A stretch of 64,000 nt of DNA from Naegleria gruberi (taxonomy: Eukaryota), in the NCBI GenBank assembly GCA_000004985.1, contig GG738850.1; one strand, 5' to 3'. The stretch's first letter is position 1, and each line of letters begins with the position of its first letter. Below are positions 23,217 through 34,899 of this stretch, one piece after another. Position numbers and translations under genes: made by a program. The notes beneath the pieces were generated by a model. The model did no database searches. It was not told the DNA's origin and saw only the letters and a list, made by a program, of their open reading frames with translations.

Positions 23217-24653
23217 ATGGCCAAAGGTTCTAGATTGTTGGACTTGCTCCGACCAGCCATGGCAATTTTGCCAGAAGTTGCAAAGCCATCCAAGACTGTT
23301 AAATTCCAAGAAAAGGTCTTGTGGACTGCTGTTGCTCTCTTTATTTATTTAGTCTGTTGCCAAATTCCAGTATATGGAATTCGTAATGCTTCATCAAGCG
23401 ATCCATTGTATTGGATGAGAGTTATTTTGGCTTCTAACAGAGGTACTTTGATGGAACTCGGTATTTCACCAGTCATCACTGCTGGTTTGATTATTCAATT
23501 GCTCAGTGGTGCTAGATTAATTGATGTCGATGAAAATAGTCAAGAAGATCAAATTTTGCTTAACGGTGCTCAAAAGTTCTTCGGTCTCATCATGACCATT
23601 GTTGAAGCTGTTGCTTATGTTGCTTCAGGAATGTACGGTGATGTCAGAGATCTTGGTTTGGTTACTGCTTTGTTGATTGTCTTGCAATTGTTCGTTGCTG
23701 GTATTGTCTGTTTGCTCCTCGATGAATTGTTGCAAAAGGGTTATGGTTTGGGAAGTGGTATTTCCTTGTTCATTGCTACTAACATTTGTGAAACTATTAT
23801 TTGGAAGTCATTCTCACCATCCACCATTAACACTGGTAGAGGTACTGAATTTGAAGGTGCTATCATTGCTCTTTTCCACATGTTGATTACTCGTAGTGAT
23901 AAGGTTAGAGCTTTGAAGGAAGCTTTCTATCGTCCAAATCTTCCAAATATTACCAACTTGTTGGCTACCATCTTGGTCTTCTTGATTGTCATTTACTTCC
24001 AAGGATTCCGTGTTGAATTGCCATTGAGATCCTCCAGACAATCCGGTAGTGCTGGTGCTTATCCAATTCGTTTGTTCTACACTAGTAACATGCCTATCAT
24101 TTTGCAAACTGCTTTGGTTTCTCAAATGTTCTTGTTCTCTCAAGTATTATACAAGAGATTTGGAGACAATATTCTTATAGCCTTGTTGGGTAGATGGGAA
24201 ACTCCACAATATGGTCAATCTGTTCCAGTTGGTGGTTTGATCTATTACATTTCTCCTCCAGGTAACTTGAATGAAATGTTGGTCGATCCAATTCACGCCA
24301 TCTTGTACATTGCTTTCATGCTTGGTTCATGTGCTTTGTTCTCTAGAATTTGGATTAACGTTTCTGGTTCTTCTCCAAAGGATGTTGCCAGACAACTTAA
24401 GGAACAAGGTTTGAACATTGCTGGTCACAGAGACGATCCTAAGGAAATGATTAACACTTTGAACAAGTACATTCCAACTGCTGCTGCTGTCGGTGGTATG
24501 TGTATTGGTGCTCTCACTGTCATTGCTGACTTCTTGGGTGCTATTGGTTCTGGTACTGGTATTCTCTTGGCTGTTGGTATCATTTATCAATACTTTGAAA
24601 TGTTCGCTAAGCAACAAGATGAATTGGATATTCCTTTCTTGAGTGGACAATAA
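23217..24653 (+). CDS. SEC61A: Sec61 alpha protein translocon subunit
   Basis: Full-length 478 aa, intronless. It shows strong Sec61alpha/SecY homology throughout ([37 protein letters not shown]..., [16 protein letters not shown], 10 TM). Confidence 0.95.
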   Translation: MAKGSRLLDLLRPAMAILPEVAKPSKTVKFQEKVLWTAVALFIYLVCCQIPVYGIRNASSSDPLYWMRVILASNRGTLMELGISPVITAGLIIQLLSGARLIDVDENSQEDQILLNGAQKFFGLIMTIVEAVAYVASGMYGDVRDLGLVTALLIVLQLFVAGIVCLLLDELLQKGYGLGSGISLFIATNICETIIWKSFSPSTINTGRGTEFEGAIIALFHMLITRSDKVRALKEAFYRPNLPNITNLLATILVFLIVIYFQGFRVELPLRSSRQSGSAGAYPIRLFYTSNMPIILQTALVSQMFLFSQVLYKRFGDNILIALLGRWETPQYGQSVPVGGLIYYISPPGNLNEMLVDPIHAILYIAFMLGSCALFSRIWINVSGSSPKDVARQLKEQGLNIAGHRDDPKEMINTLNKYIPTAAAVGGMCIGALTVIADFLGAIGSGTGILLAVGIIYQYFEMFAKQQDELDIPFLSGQ

Positions 24654-24769
24654 TTTAATTTGTAAACATATAAAAAATTTAATAATTATTTAATAATTTT
24701 AATTTTTTCTAACTTCAAAAATAATACGGAAATGCATTCAGTTTTTAAAAAAGGTCTGCAAGCCAAAAG

Positions 24770-24805
24770 TGGAGTCATAGGGAATCGAACCCTAGACCTT
24801 CTGCA

Positions 24806-24836
<31 letters not shown>

Positions 24837-24842
24837 AACCCC
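24770..24842 (-). tRNA. tRNA-Ala (anticodon UGC)
   Basis: The minus strand reads ggggtta-ta-gctc-agttggta-gagc-g-tctgc-tTTGCAt-gcaga-aggtc-taggg-ttcgatt-cccta-tgactcc-a. It has a G3:U70 pair, a GTTCGAT T-loop and anticodon TGC. Confidence 0.85.
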
Positions 24843-24969
24843 TTCTCTTCAAAATTACAAAAATATTGATATTATACATATTTTAAACTCTTCCTAGAGT
24901 TAAATTTATGTAAACACTGTACCAAGAATCATTTCACAAGCTTTTGGTATCGGGAAATAAGGGATTGTG

Positions 24970-26112
24970 CTAATTGAAATTAAAATCCACATCACTAAAG
25001 CTTAATATATTTTTCAATAAAGACACATTTCTTGCTGAATTATACAGTATCAAATCTCCATCCAATACTAACTCCAGTTCGTAAACATTCCCATCTCGTC
25101 CAATTATAAATTTGTAATACTGTTCAGGGATATGGTCTATCATTTGGAAGGAGCAATGCCCATCAAACTTATTCATAACTTCAGGTGGTAAATTGAAAAT
25201 CTTCCACTCTAATTCTTCCACAACATCCAATTTATCCAGTGGCAAAACTAAGATTCCCACTTGCTCAACCTTATTCTGATCACTATCCAAACCACCAAAT
25301 ATTACTCCTGCAATATCTTTACCATATGGTACATAACTTGTTGCAAATGGTGAAACTTCAATGCCAAAACAGCCATATTTTACTGTTCTAATTCTCTTAT
25401 GTCCTTCTTTAGAAAAAATCCATACATCTTTATCTAGCACTCCATCTGAAAAAGCTTGGTATGAAAAACATGTTGTACCAATTGCAATGACCCTATCGTT
25501 CCACATTGTAAGAAAATTAGGATCTGGATATTCATAATTAAAACTATTCTCACTAACATCAGTAAACATGTACTCAGTATCCAATGTATCCATTGTTGTA
25601 TCATATTTCACTAGATATGAGGTCTGTGATTTGAATTTATTCCCATAAAAGAATACATCCTCATTATGATTCAACATGTCCATATAGAAATATCTCAAAA
25701 CATCATGGTCCTTATTAATAATTTTCAATTCACTTGTATAAATATTATATTTGTAAAATCTTGATAAATAATAGGAAACAATGCAGAAATACATATTTCC
25801 TGTATGTGTTATATATTTACAGAATTTACAATTATCATAGATATTAATATCAAGTTCATCCAATTTAAATTGTTTAACCAATTTCTTTGTTTCATAATTA
25901 AAAACAATAAAAGTTCCGGGATAAGAGATGAAATACACGTGATGATTAATTGTATCCATACAGGCTATTCTATCAATTTTACATGGAGAGGAATTGAGAG
26001 GATCAATAATTGATAATTCATGAAGATTAGCTTGAAAATAATCATCATGTTGTTTCTTATCATCTTCCCGATTTTGATCGTCATCATTATTGTGATTTGT
26101 ATTTGAAAACAT
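24970..26112 (-). CDS. Hypothetical protein (380 aa), possibly beta-propeller-like
   Basis: A long clean ORF rich in aromatic residues. No family was recognised. Confidence 0.4.
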   Translation of the reverse strand: MFSNTNHNNDDDQNREDDKKQHDDYFQANLHELSIIDPLNSSPCKIDRIACMDTINHHVYFISYPGTFIVFNYETKKLVKQFKLDELDINIYDNCKFCKYITHTGNMYFCIVSYYLSRFYKYNIYTSELKIINKDHDVLRYFYMDMLNHNEDVFFYGNKFKSQTSYLVKYDTTMDTLDTEYMFTDVSENSFNYEYPDPNFLTMWNDRVIAIGTTCFSYQAFSDGVLDKDVWIFSKEGHKRIRTVKYGCFGIEVSPFATSYVPYGKDIAGVIFGGLDSDQNKVEQVGILVLPLDKLDVVEELEWKIFNLPPEVMNKFDGHCSFQMIDHIPEQYYKFIIGRDGNVYELELVLDGDLILYNSARNVSLLKNILSFSDVDFNFN

Positions 26113-26788
26113 TTTTTAAAATTTAAATTAACAACAGATTGTGCTATTAATGTTTTGAAACAATTCATGTTCATTGGATTGTTGGATTAAATCATTAAAA
26201 AACGGATTTGGGATGGATGTTATTATACTCTAGTAATATTTGCAGATTAATTGAGAGAGTCAATTCTCTTATTCATTCACCCTTAAAACCAAGTACACAA
26301 GGAATCATGTCAAGTTTAAGAAATTGATTCATCAAGATCAATTTTTTTGTTGCTCAGTAATGGAATTGAGAGACACAAACAACACTTGCTCAATAATTTA
26401 GAAAATTTACAGGAAATTGACGCAATCGTTGATTATTTATGGTTAAATTGCATCCAATCTAATTCAAATAGGGAAGTCAATATTCCATCTAAAATTAAAC
26501 TGCAATTTTCAAACTTGAGAAATTCGTTGAGAGAGCAAAAAGCAAGTTTCAAAAGATTTAATTAATCAAGTATTTTCTATTTTATAGGATCAGATCATGT
26601 TCAATTTGGGTGACAATTTTTCAAGATTTAGTTTCATTGATGAGTATTTAAACTGTTCGATTGTAATGGAAAGGCAACACGAGTTGATGGATCAATCAAA
26701 GTTGATATAACATCTTATTTGTGTGTAGAGTTACAAACAATAAAATATTTAAATCATCGTTTAATGAGATATCCTAAAATTAATAACA

Positions 26789-27730
26789 TTAGGATAATTG
26801 TTCTTCTAATTTACAATTGAAAATTCTTACAACTCCATATTGAGCATCACAAACAAGTAATTCACCATTTTTGGAATTGAAACACATTCCACCAATATTT
26901 GCTCCATGTTGTCTATTTTCAAACGAATCAACAATGTGACCATTTTGTAAACTAATTAATAATAAACCATGACCTTCCTTGTTTAGAATAATGTATTCAT
27001 TTGTTTCGTCTAGAAGAAAGGAAAAGGATATATCTTCATCTTGAGGCAATGAGAATATTTCTTCCTTTGGGATAGAATCATGAATGCACCAATCGCCTCT
27101 TTCATTTTGTGAATAAATTTCGAATAAATTTAATGTCGTATTGTTTCGAATACCAACAATCATTGAATTATCTTCTGAATTAATTACTGGTTGAAACCCA
27201 TCAAATACAGTGAACGAATCATCCTCATCCATAACTCCTCTCAAACTGTCAATCTTTGCAATACTATTCTTTGGTGAACCACAAACATAAATCGAATTTC
27301 TATCCTTTTCTTTGACAAGTGTCATTCCCATAAATTCACTAGTTGCGTATATTCTCCATAAACAATCAGAATATCTTTTCTGAATTGATGATTCTATTAA
27401 ATGACCGAGATCATATTTGAGCATTTCATCGTTCGACGAAACTATTAAGGCGTCTCTATTCGAAATGTAATTTTCTTCAACTAGGATTCTTAAAAGTGGG
27501 CTTATTGGAATGAGTATTGAAAGCTTGAAGGCTTTCGTATCAATATCAAGAAGGTGAACACAATTATTGTAAAAGTCAGCAATCAGAATGCAAGAATGAT
27601 TATACGAAAGTTTGACATCAACTGGAAAACCTGGAACTCTTCCCCTGAATTGAAACTCATCATCAATATTTGTAACCATCTTTCCAATAGTTTGTACACA
27701 TTGAAGTTTAGGATGTTTATGTGGAGCCAT
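26789..27730 (-). CDS. NHL-repeat beta-propeller protein
   Basis: Recurrent NHL-like segments (FRGRVPGFPVDVKLSYNHSCILIADFYNNCVHLLD; NSKNGELLVCDAQYGVVRIFN). Confidence 0.45.
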   Translation of the reverse strand: MAPHKHPKLQCVQTIGKMVTNIDDEFQFRGRVPGFPVDVKLSYNHSCILIADFYNNCVHLLDIDTKAFKLSILIPISPLLRILVEENYISNRDALIVSSNDEMLKYDLGHLIESSIQKRYSDCLWRIYATSEFMGMTLVKEKDRNSIYVCGSPKNSIAKIDSLRGVMDEDDSFTVFDGFQPVINSEDNSMIVGIRNNTTLNLFEIYSQNERGDWCIHDSIPKEEIFSLPQDEDISFSFLLDETNEYIILNKEGHGLLLISLQNGHIVDSFENRQHGANIGGMCFNSKNGELLVCDAQYGVVRIFNCKLEEQLS

Positions 27731-28329
27731 TTTGTTTCGCTTTGTTTCGACAAGTTTCGAACGCTGACACTGTTTAAATCAGGTGCTTTTTCTTATCTCC
27801 ATTACTTTAGGTAAACAATGAATCATCTTTGAATTCTTTACAGTTGTTGAAGTATTGCCCTATTTTGGGTATTTGTGATTCGTTTTGAAAGGTCTTTACA
27901 ATTAATGTTCATCTGTTTAATTAACCTTACAAAACGAATAACATTAATACCCTACAGATGGGGTACTTTCTTGACTTGTCCTAATAAGAAAGAGACCAAA
28001 AAAACAATTAGTGAGTTTAGGCAGATGATGGATAACAGATTCAGATGCATTGCCAATAATGACAGACCTTTTAATCATTCCATTCATTCAACAAAATGGT
28101 AATATTATTACAGTTGCTGGAAGTGGACAACAAGGATACAATGGAGATGCACCGTTTGATATTTTGGAATATCCTCATATTGGTTCTTTATTTAAAACAC
28201 TATTCACCAATTTTACCAATCTCAATAGACTGGTTGATGTTAGTGTAACATGTCATGATCATTCAAAGGAATTTAGGAAAGCTATATTCAGGTGACAACT
28301 TTAATATTCCAGAAATTAAGAAAGCGAAT

Positions 28330-28448
28330 GGCTACGGCCATATCACGATGAATGCACCTCATCCCGTCCGATTTGAGAAGTTAAGCATCGTCGAGCCACA
28401 TCAGTACTGAGGTTGGAGACAACTTGGGAACCTGTGGTGCTGTAGTCT
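28330..28448 (+). rRNA. 5S ribosomal RNA
   Basis: GGCTACGGCCATATCACGATGAATGCACCTCATCCCGTCCGATTTGAGAAGTTAAGCATCGTCGAGCC...GGGAACCTGTGGTGCTGTAGTC aligns to eukaryotic 5S rRNA (GCCTACGGCCATACC...CCGTCCGATCTG..AAGTTAAGC...GGGA..ACCAGGTGCTGTAGGC). It is followed by a T6 run typical of Pol III termination. Confidence 0.85.
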
Positions 28449-28818
28449 TTTTTATTGGCTTTCTCCACAAGAATCTTTCTAACCACAAATCAATTTATTT
28501 ATTATTTAGCTTTTGCGGTAATTCTCCACATCATGCAAAAACAGCAGCACCTCCAATTGCAGCAACAACTGCAACAATCATTGGATACTGAATCAATAGC
28601 ATGAAAAGAGAGCGAACACAATCTTGAAAATCTGAGGACTGGTTTTTAGTTGAAGTGAATGAGCTGTTTCAGTTTCAACTTTGTATGAAATGAGTGTCGA
28701 TTTGAAGGAAGTCCATTGTAATATTCACATTGATTCACATAAAGGCATCTTCCTCTTCCATACAGAGCTTGAACTTTCCAATATTCCATAGCTTTGGATA
28801 CGAAAAGAAATTTAAAAA

Positions 28819-29428
28819 AATGCCACAACCAATCACCAAAAGGCCAAACCTTATTGCCGTTTTGCTGTTTGAGGTATTGGTTGAAATATTCAAAAATTTA
28901 CATTTCCTTAACGCTTCTCCACTTAAATCTGTTTGCAGAGAATGGCAAGATGTTATTGAGGAACTATTCATCTTTTACCCTACCGGTCCGAGTCCTTTCA
29001 GATTATCCGTAAAGAAGTATTATGTTAGAAAACATTTCTGTTGGAACAAGATGATACTCAACTTTTTACAATATGTTGTTCCAAAAGATTGTGGTGTAAT
29101 ACCATTGGTCATCAGAGTGATGGAACATGAACAATGTTTCTCCGATTGTGAAAATAATCAAAAAGGGTTTCAAAGTAAGGTAGCTCAAATAGCGAACACA
29201 ATGGATGTAAAAGGGTACATACAAACCCAATCATCGTATGAAGATAATTTGGAAAATATGACCATCAAAAGAGTTCTTGATATTTGTTGTCAAGAAAAAC
29301 CTTCAAAGTTAAGGGATTTCTTAGAACAAGTTTCTGACATTGTTAACGAAGATGGCGCTTCTTCATTCATAATCAGAACCACAGATATCGTGAATCCTGT
29401 AACACAAAGCCCTCATTTCATTCAATAA
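28819..29428 (+). CDS. F-box domain protein
   Basis: An N-terminal F-box-like motif LIAVLLFEVLVEIFKNLHFLNASPLKSVCREWQDVI. The start is taken at ATG 28819 inside the longer ORF. Confidence 0.45.
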
Positions 29429-30629
29429 GTGATGAAGGCGAACCCCCTGTTTCATCTGGAGAATCAGTTTTCACGTTGAATACACATACATTCACCAAAG
29501 ACAATATTGCCAAGATCAAGCCCAGTTCGATGATTGACCAGATTTTTTTGGTTCTTGTTTACGTAATGACTGTCCACCAACAGTTTTGGCTGTTCTTTCT
29601 TTGCATTCTTTTGAAGATTTCAAACAACAGATATTGGATCTCATTTCAGGGATGACTAGCCATGTGTTGCAAGTTATGCAAAAACTGACTAGAGATGAAG
29701 AACAAGTAAAACAATTATTGATTCCATATTGGATTGAACTAAAGAAGGTTTGTAGTGAGTTTTTGGAGCAAAATACAAAAGTAAGACATATCCTTGCTTG
29801 TTCCTCAATAAAGCTATGGTAATGCAACACTATACAACAGCATGACATGATTCTATTTATTGGAATCTGTAATAAAACAACATAAAACACAGCTATTTAT
29901 GTTTGGTTTCTTTTCTATTTGAATCCCAATTCAATGTACAACTGAGTGTCGTTAATTGAAGTAATTTTCCATTACTGAAACAATTTGCGCACAGACTATT
30001 GAATAAAATTAAATCCATTTAATTTTCATCAATTTTCTATCAGCCCTTGAATTCAATTTCCTTTTTTTTTGGAATTGATAGCTTATCAATAGGAGATCAT
30101 CTATGAAATATCTTCTTTTATCATTCATTATGGGAACATGGTTAGCTTCAGGTAGATCAGGATTCGTTATTGAATTTGTATTCTGCTTGAAGAAAGTTAA
30201 TTGAAAGTGGACTTGAGCACAGCTAATTACAATTTGTTGACACCTTCAGAAACTGCACCACCAATGACTACATATATAATAAACCAAAGAATAAACTTGA
30301 CGATGAACCAGAGTACGCCCCACATTTTTTTGAATGTTGTGTCAAGTGGATTGGTAGACTTGTCACGTTTCAACAGGTAAAATGTTCAATATGAACTAAC
30401 TAGCTATGAACTATTGCAAAAATATTCAAATTCTGTTGATTACAATCTCATTTTGTATAATCATGACAAAGAACCATTCTTCCAGTAAATTGTCAATACA
30501 GCAAAATGTGCGTGAGGACTATTTTCGCTCGGAAATCCTTGGATCCAAGGTACCACTGTTGTATGCCTTATGGCTCCTTAAATACTCAGTAGTTGCCTAT
30601 CTCCACCACAAACAATCAAAAAAAATAAA

Positions 30630-31598
30630 ATGTTAAAAAGAGTTGGTTTAGCTTGGACACAAGCACTTGTACCTGAAAATTTACTACAAGTTGACTTGAA
30701 AGGAAAGATTTGTTTAGTAACAGGTTCAACTGTTGGTGGAATTGGTTATGAAACTGCCAAGAAAATGTATGAATTGGGGTGTAATGTTATTTTAGTTTGT
30801 AGAAGTGAAAAGAATGGAAAGGAGGCAAGGGATTTAATTCAACAAGAGTGCTCAGCAAGAATGAAGCAAATAGGAACTATTGATTATATTTTGATGGATT
30901 TGGATGATTTAGAGAGTGTTAACAAGGTAGCAAAACAATTCAAAGAGAAATTTACTCAATTGGATTTCTTGTTCAACAATGCAGGAGTAATGTTTTGTCC
31001 ACACAGTACAACTACTCAAGGAGTGGAAATACAGTTCGGAACCAATTATCTTGGCCACTTTCTTCTAACTCTTTCCTTGATGGATTTGATTAAGAAGGTT
31101 AATGGAAGAATCATTAATGTTTCCTCAATTGGTTCAAAGGCATTTGTAAAATCTGAAAAGGATATTACCAACTTTTGCTCCTTCTCTAAGGAAAGTGTAA
31201 TGGGAGACTGTGAAAATGTAGCTTCAAAACAGCAACTTTATGGTCGTTCCAAATTAGCCCAAGTTTTATTCTCAAGAAAGTTGGCAAGGGAATTCAAATC
31301 GTCCTATTGTAAAGTTACATCTTATTCTCTCCATCCAGGAGCTGTCAAGACAAATTTAGAAAGACACACCAGTTTTCTCTTTGATCTTGCTACCATAATT
31401 GTAAAACCATTATACAAAACTCCATACGAAGGTGCCCAAACAAGTCTATATGTTGCATTGGCTCCAATTTCTGAACTTGAAAATGGTGGCTACTATTCTG
31501 AATGCTCAATTGATGAAGCTAGCCAATTTGCAGATAGGATTGAATTGCAGGATACATTGTGGGATACTAGTATGAAACTTGTTGAGGATTATTTGTAA
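30630..31598 (+). CDS. Short-chain dehydrogenase/reductase (retinol dehydrogenase-like SDR)
   Basis: TGSTVGGIGYETAK (the TGxxxGxG motif), NNAGVM, and the catalytic YGRSKLAQVLF (YxxxK). Confidence 0.85.
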   Translation: MLKRVGLAWTQALVPENLLQVDLKGKICLVTGSTVGGIGYETAKKMYELGCNVILVCRSEKNGKEARDLIQQECSARMKQIGTIDYILMDLDDLESVNKVAKQFKEKFTQLDFLFNNAGVMFCPHSTTTQGVEIQFGTNYLGHFLLTLSLMDLIKKVNGRIINVSSIGSKAFVKSEKDITNFCSFSKESVMGDCENVASKQQLYGRSKLAQVLFSRKLAREFKSSYCKVTSYSLHPGAVKTNLERHTSFLFDLATIIVKPLYKTPYEGAQTSLYVALAPISELENGGYYSECSIDEASQFADRIELQDTLWDTSMKLVEDYL

Positions 31599-32343
31599 AT
31601 ATTTCTGTATTGTATAAATCTGCACTTGATGATCGACTTCAACTTTAAACATATAAATGGGAATGTTTACTTGGTGTTTTCGAAATATTATTGTTTATAA
31701 TTGATATACACGATGCCCTCTCTCGTTTGGATAATTATCATTGTCTGATTTTTTGTAATATTTGAGAAAACACTTGAACTAGTCAAACTTACAAAAAAGC
31801 CCTTGACTACTTTTCTTAATAAGGATATATGTTGACAAGTTGAAATTGCTCCTGTATGGTACTACTACCCTATAATATCACCGAATACATTTGTTTTGTG
31901 TGGAATATCGTCCTTCTTGAGTAAAGTTGGAGTGATAATGTTGATTTTCTAGGTTGAAATAGAATCCAATTCGACAGTTAATGGTATGTTTTAAAATAAT
32001 TTTAATAAAAGTCTGAATCACCTCTTTCAGTACTTACTTCGAAGCATTATATAATAGGTTGAGTGAAATGGATGAATATGGAGAAGAAACTTTGTACATT
32101 ATCAAATATTGTTATGAAATGATTGATACAATCCCACCAGGCTTAATTATTAGAGTAATGAATGAGGCACATAAACATGAAATTAAGGAATTGAATGATA
32201 TTGCTTGTGATCAAGTGGAAATTACAGAAATTAATTTTGAAGAGTTCATTAATAGTCTTTACGACCATGTAGAAGATGGCTTTGAAATACTGTCTCATTT
32301 GCAAACATTGAAGTGCTACTTAGAACTACGTTTAAATAAAAAA

Positions 32344-33445
32344 ATGACAACAAATCCATTGCCAATTCTTGTGCTTGATAATGGTTCAGGATTGAGCAAA
32401 GCAGGCTTTTCGGGAGAAGATGCTCCTCGTTCTGTGTTTCCAACAGTGATAGGAAGACAACTTCTCAACAAAAAGAACGTTAGATGTATTGATGCCTTTG
32501 TTGGAGAGGAGGCAATAAAGAGAGATCTCTCCTCTGTAAAAAAGTATCCGATTGAGAGAGGAATTATAAAGAATTTTGATGATATGGAAGTGATTTGGAA
32601 TCATACATTTTGTAATGAATTGAAGGTTAATTCGGAAAATTGTTGTGTAATGTTGAGTGAAGTTTGTTTGAATCCAAAGGAGAAGCGTGAAAAGATGACT
32701 GAAATATTGTTCGAAACTTTTAATGTTTCCGCTCTTTATTGTTTAATGCAGTCAGTTTTGTCTCTGTATGCGTCTGGAAGAGTTACTGGACTAGTGATTG
32801 ATTTAGGTGATGGTGTTTCACATACTGTCCCAGTTTATGAGGGATATGCTTTTTTATTATCAAGTTCAAGATTGGATTTAGCTGGAAGAAATTTGACAGA
32901 TTACTTAACTACATTATTATTGGAATCAGGGCATAATTTTAGTTCTTCAATTGGAAATTCTAATATTTCAGGACATGAAATTGTAAGGAATATTAAGGAA
33001 AAGTTATGTTATATTGCTTTGGATTTCGATGAAGAATCAAAGAAATCAATTTCATATGAATTACCAGATGGCAGCAAAATAACAGTTGGAAATGAGCGGT
33101 TCAGATGTCCAGAAATATTATTCGAGCCAAATTATTTAGGAATTGAGCGAGATGGAATTCATAAGCTGGCTGCTAGACATTGATTTGAGAGGAGAATTAT
33201 ATTCGAATATTTTACTTTCGGGGGGATCATTCATGCTCGAAGGATTATCTGAAAGACTACACAAAGAACTGACAACCTTAGTACCCATCTCTACCAACAT
33301 TAATATTATTTCTCCTCCAGAGAGAAAGCATTCAGCATGGATTGGTGGAAGCTTACTCTTCCTTTCCAACATTTCAGAGTATGTGGATAAGAAAATACGA
33401 CTATGAAGAGAGTGGCCCTTCAATAATACATAGGAAATCATTGTA
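32344..33445 (+). pseudogene. Actin-like gene with two reading-frame disruptions (pseudogene or assembly error)
   Basis: Roughly 55-60% identity to actin by eye across [32 protein letters not shown]..., [12 protein letters not shown]..., [12 protein letters not shown]..., LSGGSFM..., [16 protein letters not shown]... and [12 protein letters not shown]. The conserved blocks lie in three frames. One frame change near 33160-33180 is accompanied by loss of about 4-5 codons. A second (+1) lies in an A-run at 33393..33396. Confidence 0.55.
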
Positions 33446-33492
33446 GGCAGGCTATCCAATAATCAATTTGTAAATTTTGAAATTGAAAAAAA

Positions 33493-34779
33493 ATGTCTCA
33501 AGATGTTCTCTGCCACGCCTTCAGTTTTCTTGATTATTCCTACACAACGACACTCTCACTAGTTTGCAAGGAGTGGTATCAGATTGCCAACTCAAATGCA
33601 CTGTGGGAATTTTACTTTCATTTATTAACGAATAATAAGAAGGGTAAAACAAGGGTTTCGTCTTGTTCAGTTTCCGTAGATGATTTATTCTGGAAAAACA
33701 AGATTCGGGATAATTTTTCGCAATATGCCTGCAGAATTTCAAAGAAATTGTCATTGGAATCAAAGTGCTATTTGAATTTGAAGTATAAATTTCCTGATAA
33801 TTTCTCATCTCAAGTGGTAAAGATGATTTTATCGAGAATTTTATTGGAAAGTTTGGAATCAACTGACAACTTTGATTTTCCATTCAAAACTCATAAGTTA
33901 TCAGATGATTATGAGGACGGACCACTACATTTCAAAATGAAGTTTAAAATTAGTGGAATTGATGAGCCATTGATCGTGAGATGGTTTGGAATTGTTCAAA
34001 ATGGTTTTTTCTTATTTGGATATTATTACACAAATGGATATTATATATATTTTGCTACAGAGAGTGATGATAAACTTAATGCTAAATATTTTGCAGGATC
34101 TTCTGTTGATCTAAATGGAATAGCTCAACAAGGTCGAGCATTTATTTACCATTTCAACTCGAAAAATATGCCAGCCGATGTTTGGGGAAGACAATATTTG
34201 TGTAGTACTATTCTATCTCACATTGTTCCAACCGTTAAGCAATATGAATTATCCCCAATTGAGTTTGTTCCGTATTGGTGTTTTTTATTTCCATTAATCA
34301 TTCACTCCATGTCAGATAATGCAGTAACTTTTTCAAAAGAATTTGTTAAACACTATCCTAATATCATTTCCAATCGATTAATGTATCATTACATGGCTAA
34401 TTATTATAAGAATAGATACACATTTGATAAGAAAATTGCTTTGATTTTTGAAAATTACCGTCCAAACACTGAAATTCAGAAAAAACTCTGCAAGTGCATT
34501 ATCAAAAACAAAAAGTTGCCTCCTTTCAATCCAAGAAAGAAGCAAGAATCAACTCTAATGCAAGAAACAGTGACTTTGTTGAGAGAAATTATTCCCAGCC
34601 GTACTTTGAAATTTATTTGTGGACAAGCGCCTCTCAATCTAAAACCTGAAGAAGAATTTATTCGAAATGCACAAACATTAGCAACATTTTACAAATTGTT
34701 AAAAAATCCAGAAGAAATGAAGGAAGTATTTCTTAATTACAAGTTTAAAAGACCACACCAGCTCGAACAATTTCCTTAA
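33493..34779 (+). CDS. F-box domain protein
   Basis: N-terminal F-box motif VLCHAFSFLDYSYTTTLSLVCKEWYQIANSNALW. The C-terminal 350 aa are unrecognised. Confidence 0.5.
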   Translation: MSQDVLCHAFSFLDYSYTTTLSLVCKEWYQIANSNALWEFYFHLLTNNKKGKTRVSSCSVSVDDLFWKNKIRDNFSQYACRISKKLSLESKCYLNLKYKFPDNFSSQVVKMILSRILLESLESTDNFDFPFKTHKLSDDYEDGPLHFKMKFKISGIDEPLIVRWFGIVQNGFFLFGYYYTNGYYIYFATESDDKLNAKYFAGSSVDLNGIAQQGRAFIYHFNSKNMPADVWGRQYLCSTILSHIVPTVKQYELSPIEFVPYWCFLFPLIIHSMSDNAVTFSKEFVKHYPNIISNRLMYHYMANYYKNRYTFDKKIALIFENYRPNTEIQKKLCKCIIKNKKLPPFNPRKKQESTLMQETVTLLREIIPSRTLKFICGQAPLNLKPEEEFIRNAQTLATFYKLLKNPEEMKEVFLNYKFKRPHQLEQFP

Positions 34780-34899
34780 GGTGGCGGTTCGCCTATTTTA
34801 ATTGGAAGTGCAAATGTTGGTTTACAAATATTCGAATATCTATTTTTGGCAAAATGGTAAATTTAGTAATTTTAATAAAAAATCATTTATGAACACAAT

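Noticed and set aside
30061-30070. Homopolymer T10/A10 tracts (also 37212..37221) as transcription terminators or regulatory elements
   Set aside because: Such tracts are expected at this frequency in a genome of roughly 67% AT. They carry no positional pattern relative to gene ends.
32059-33445. Programmed ribosomal frameshifting or tiny introns to explain the actin-like frame changes
   Set aside because: There is no GT...AG pair of plausible size at either site, and no slippery heptamer. One break is a single-base change in an A-run and the other a net deletion. Pseudogene or sequence error is the simpler explanation.
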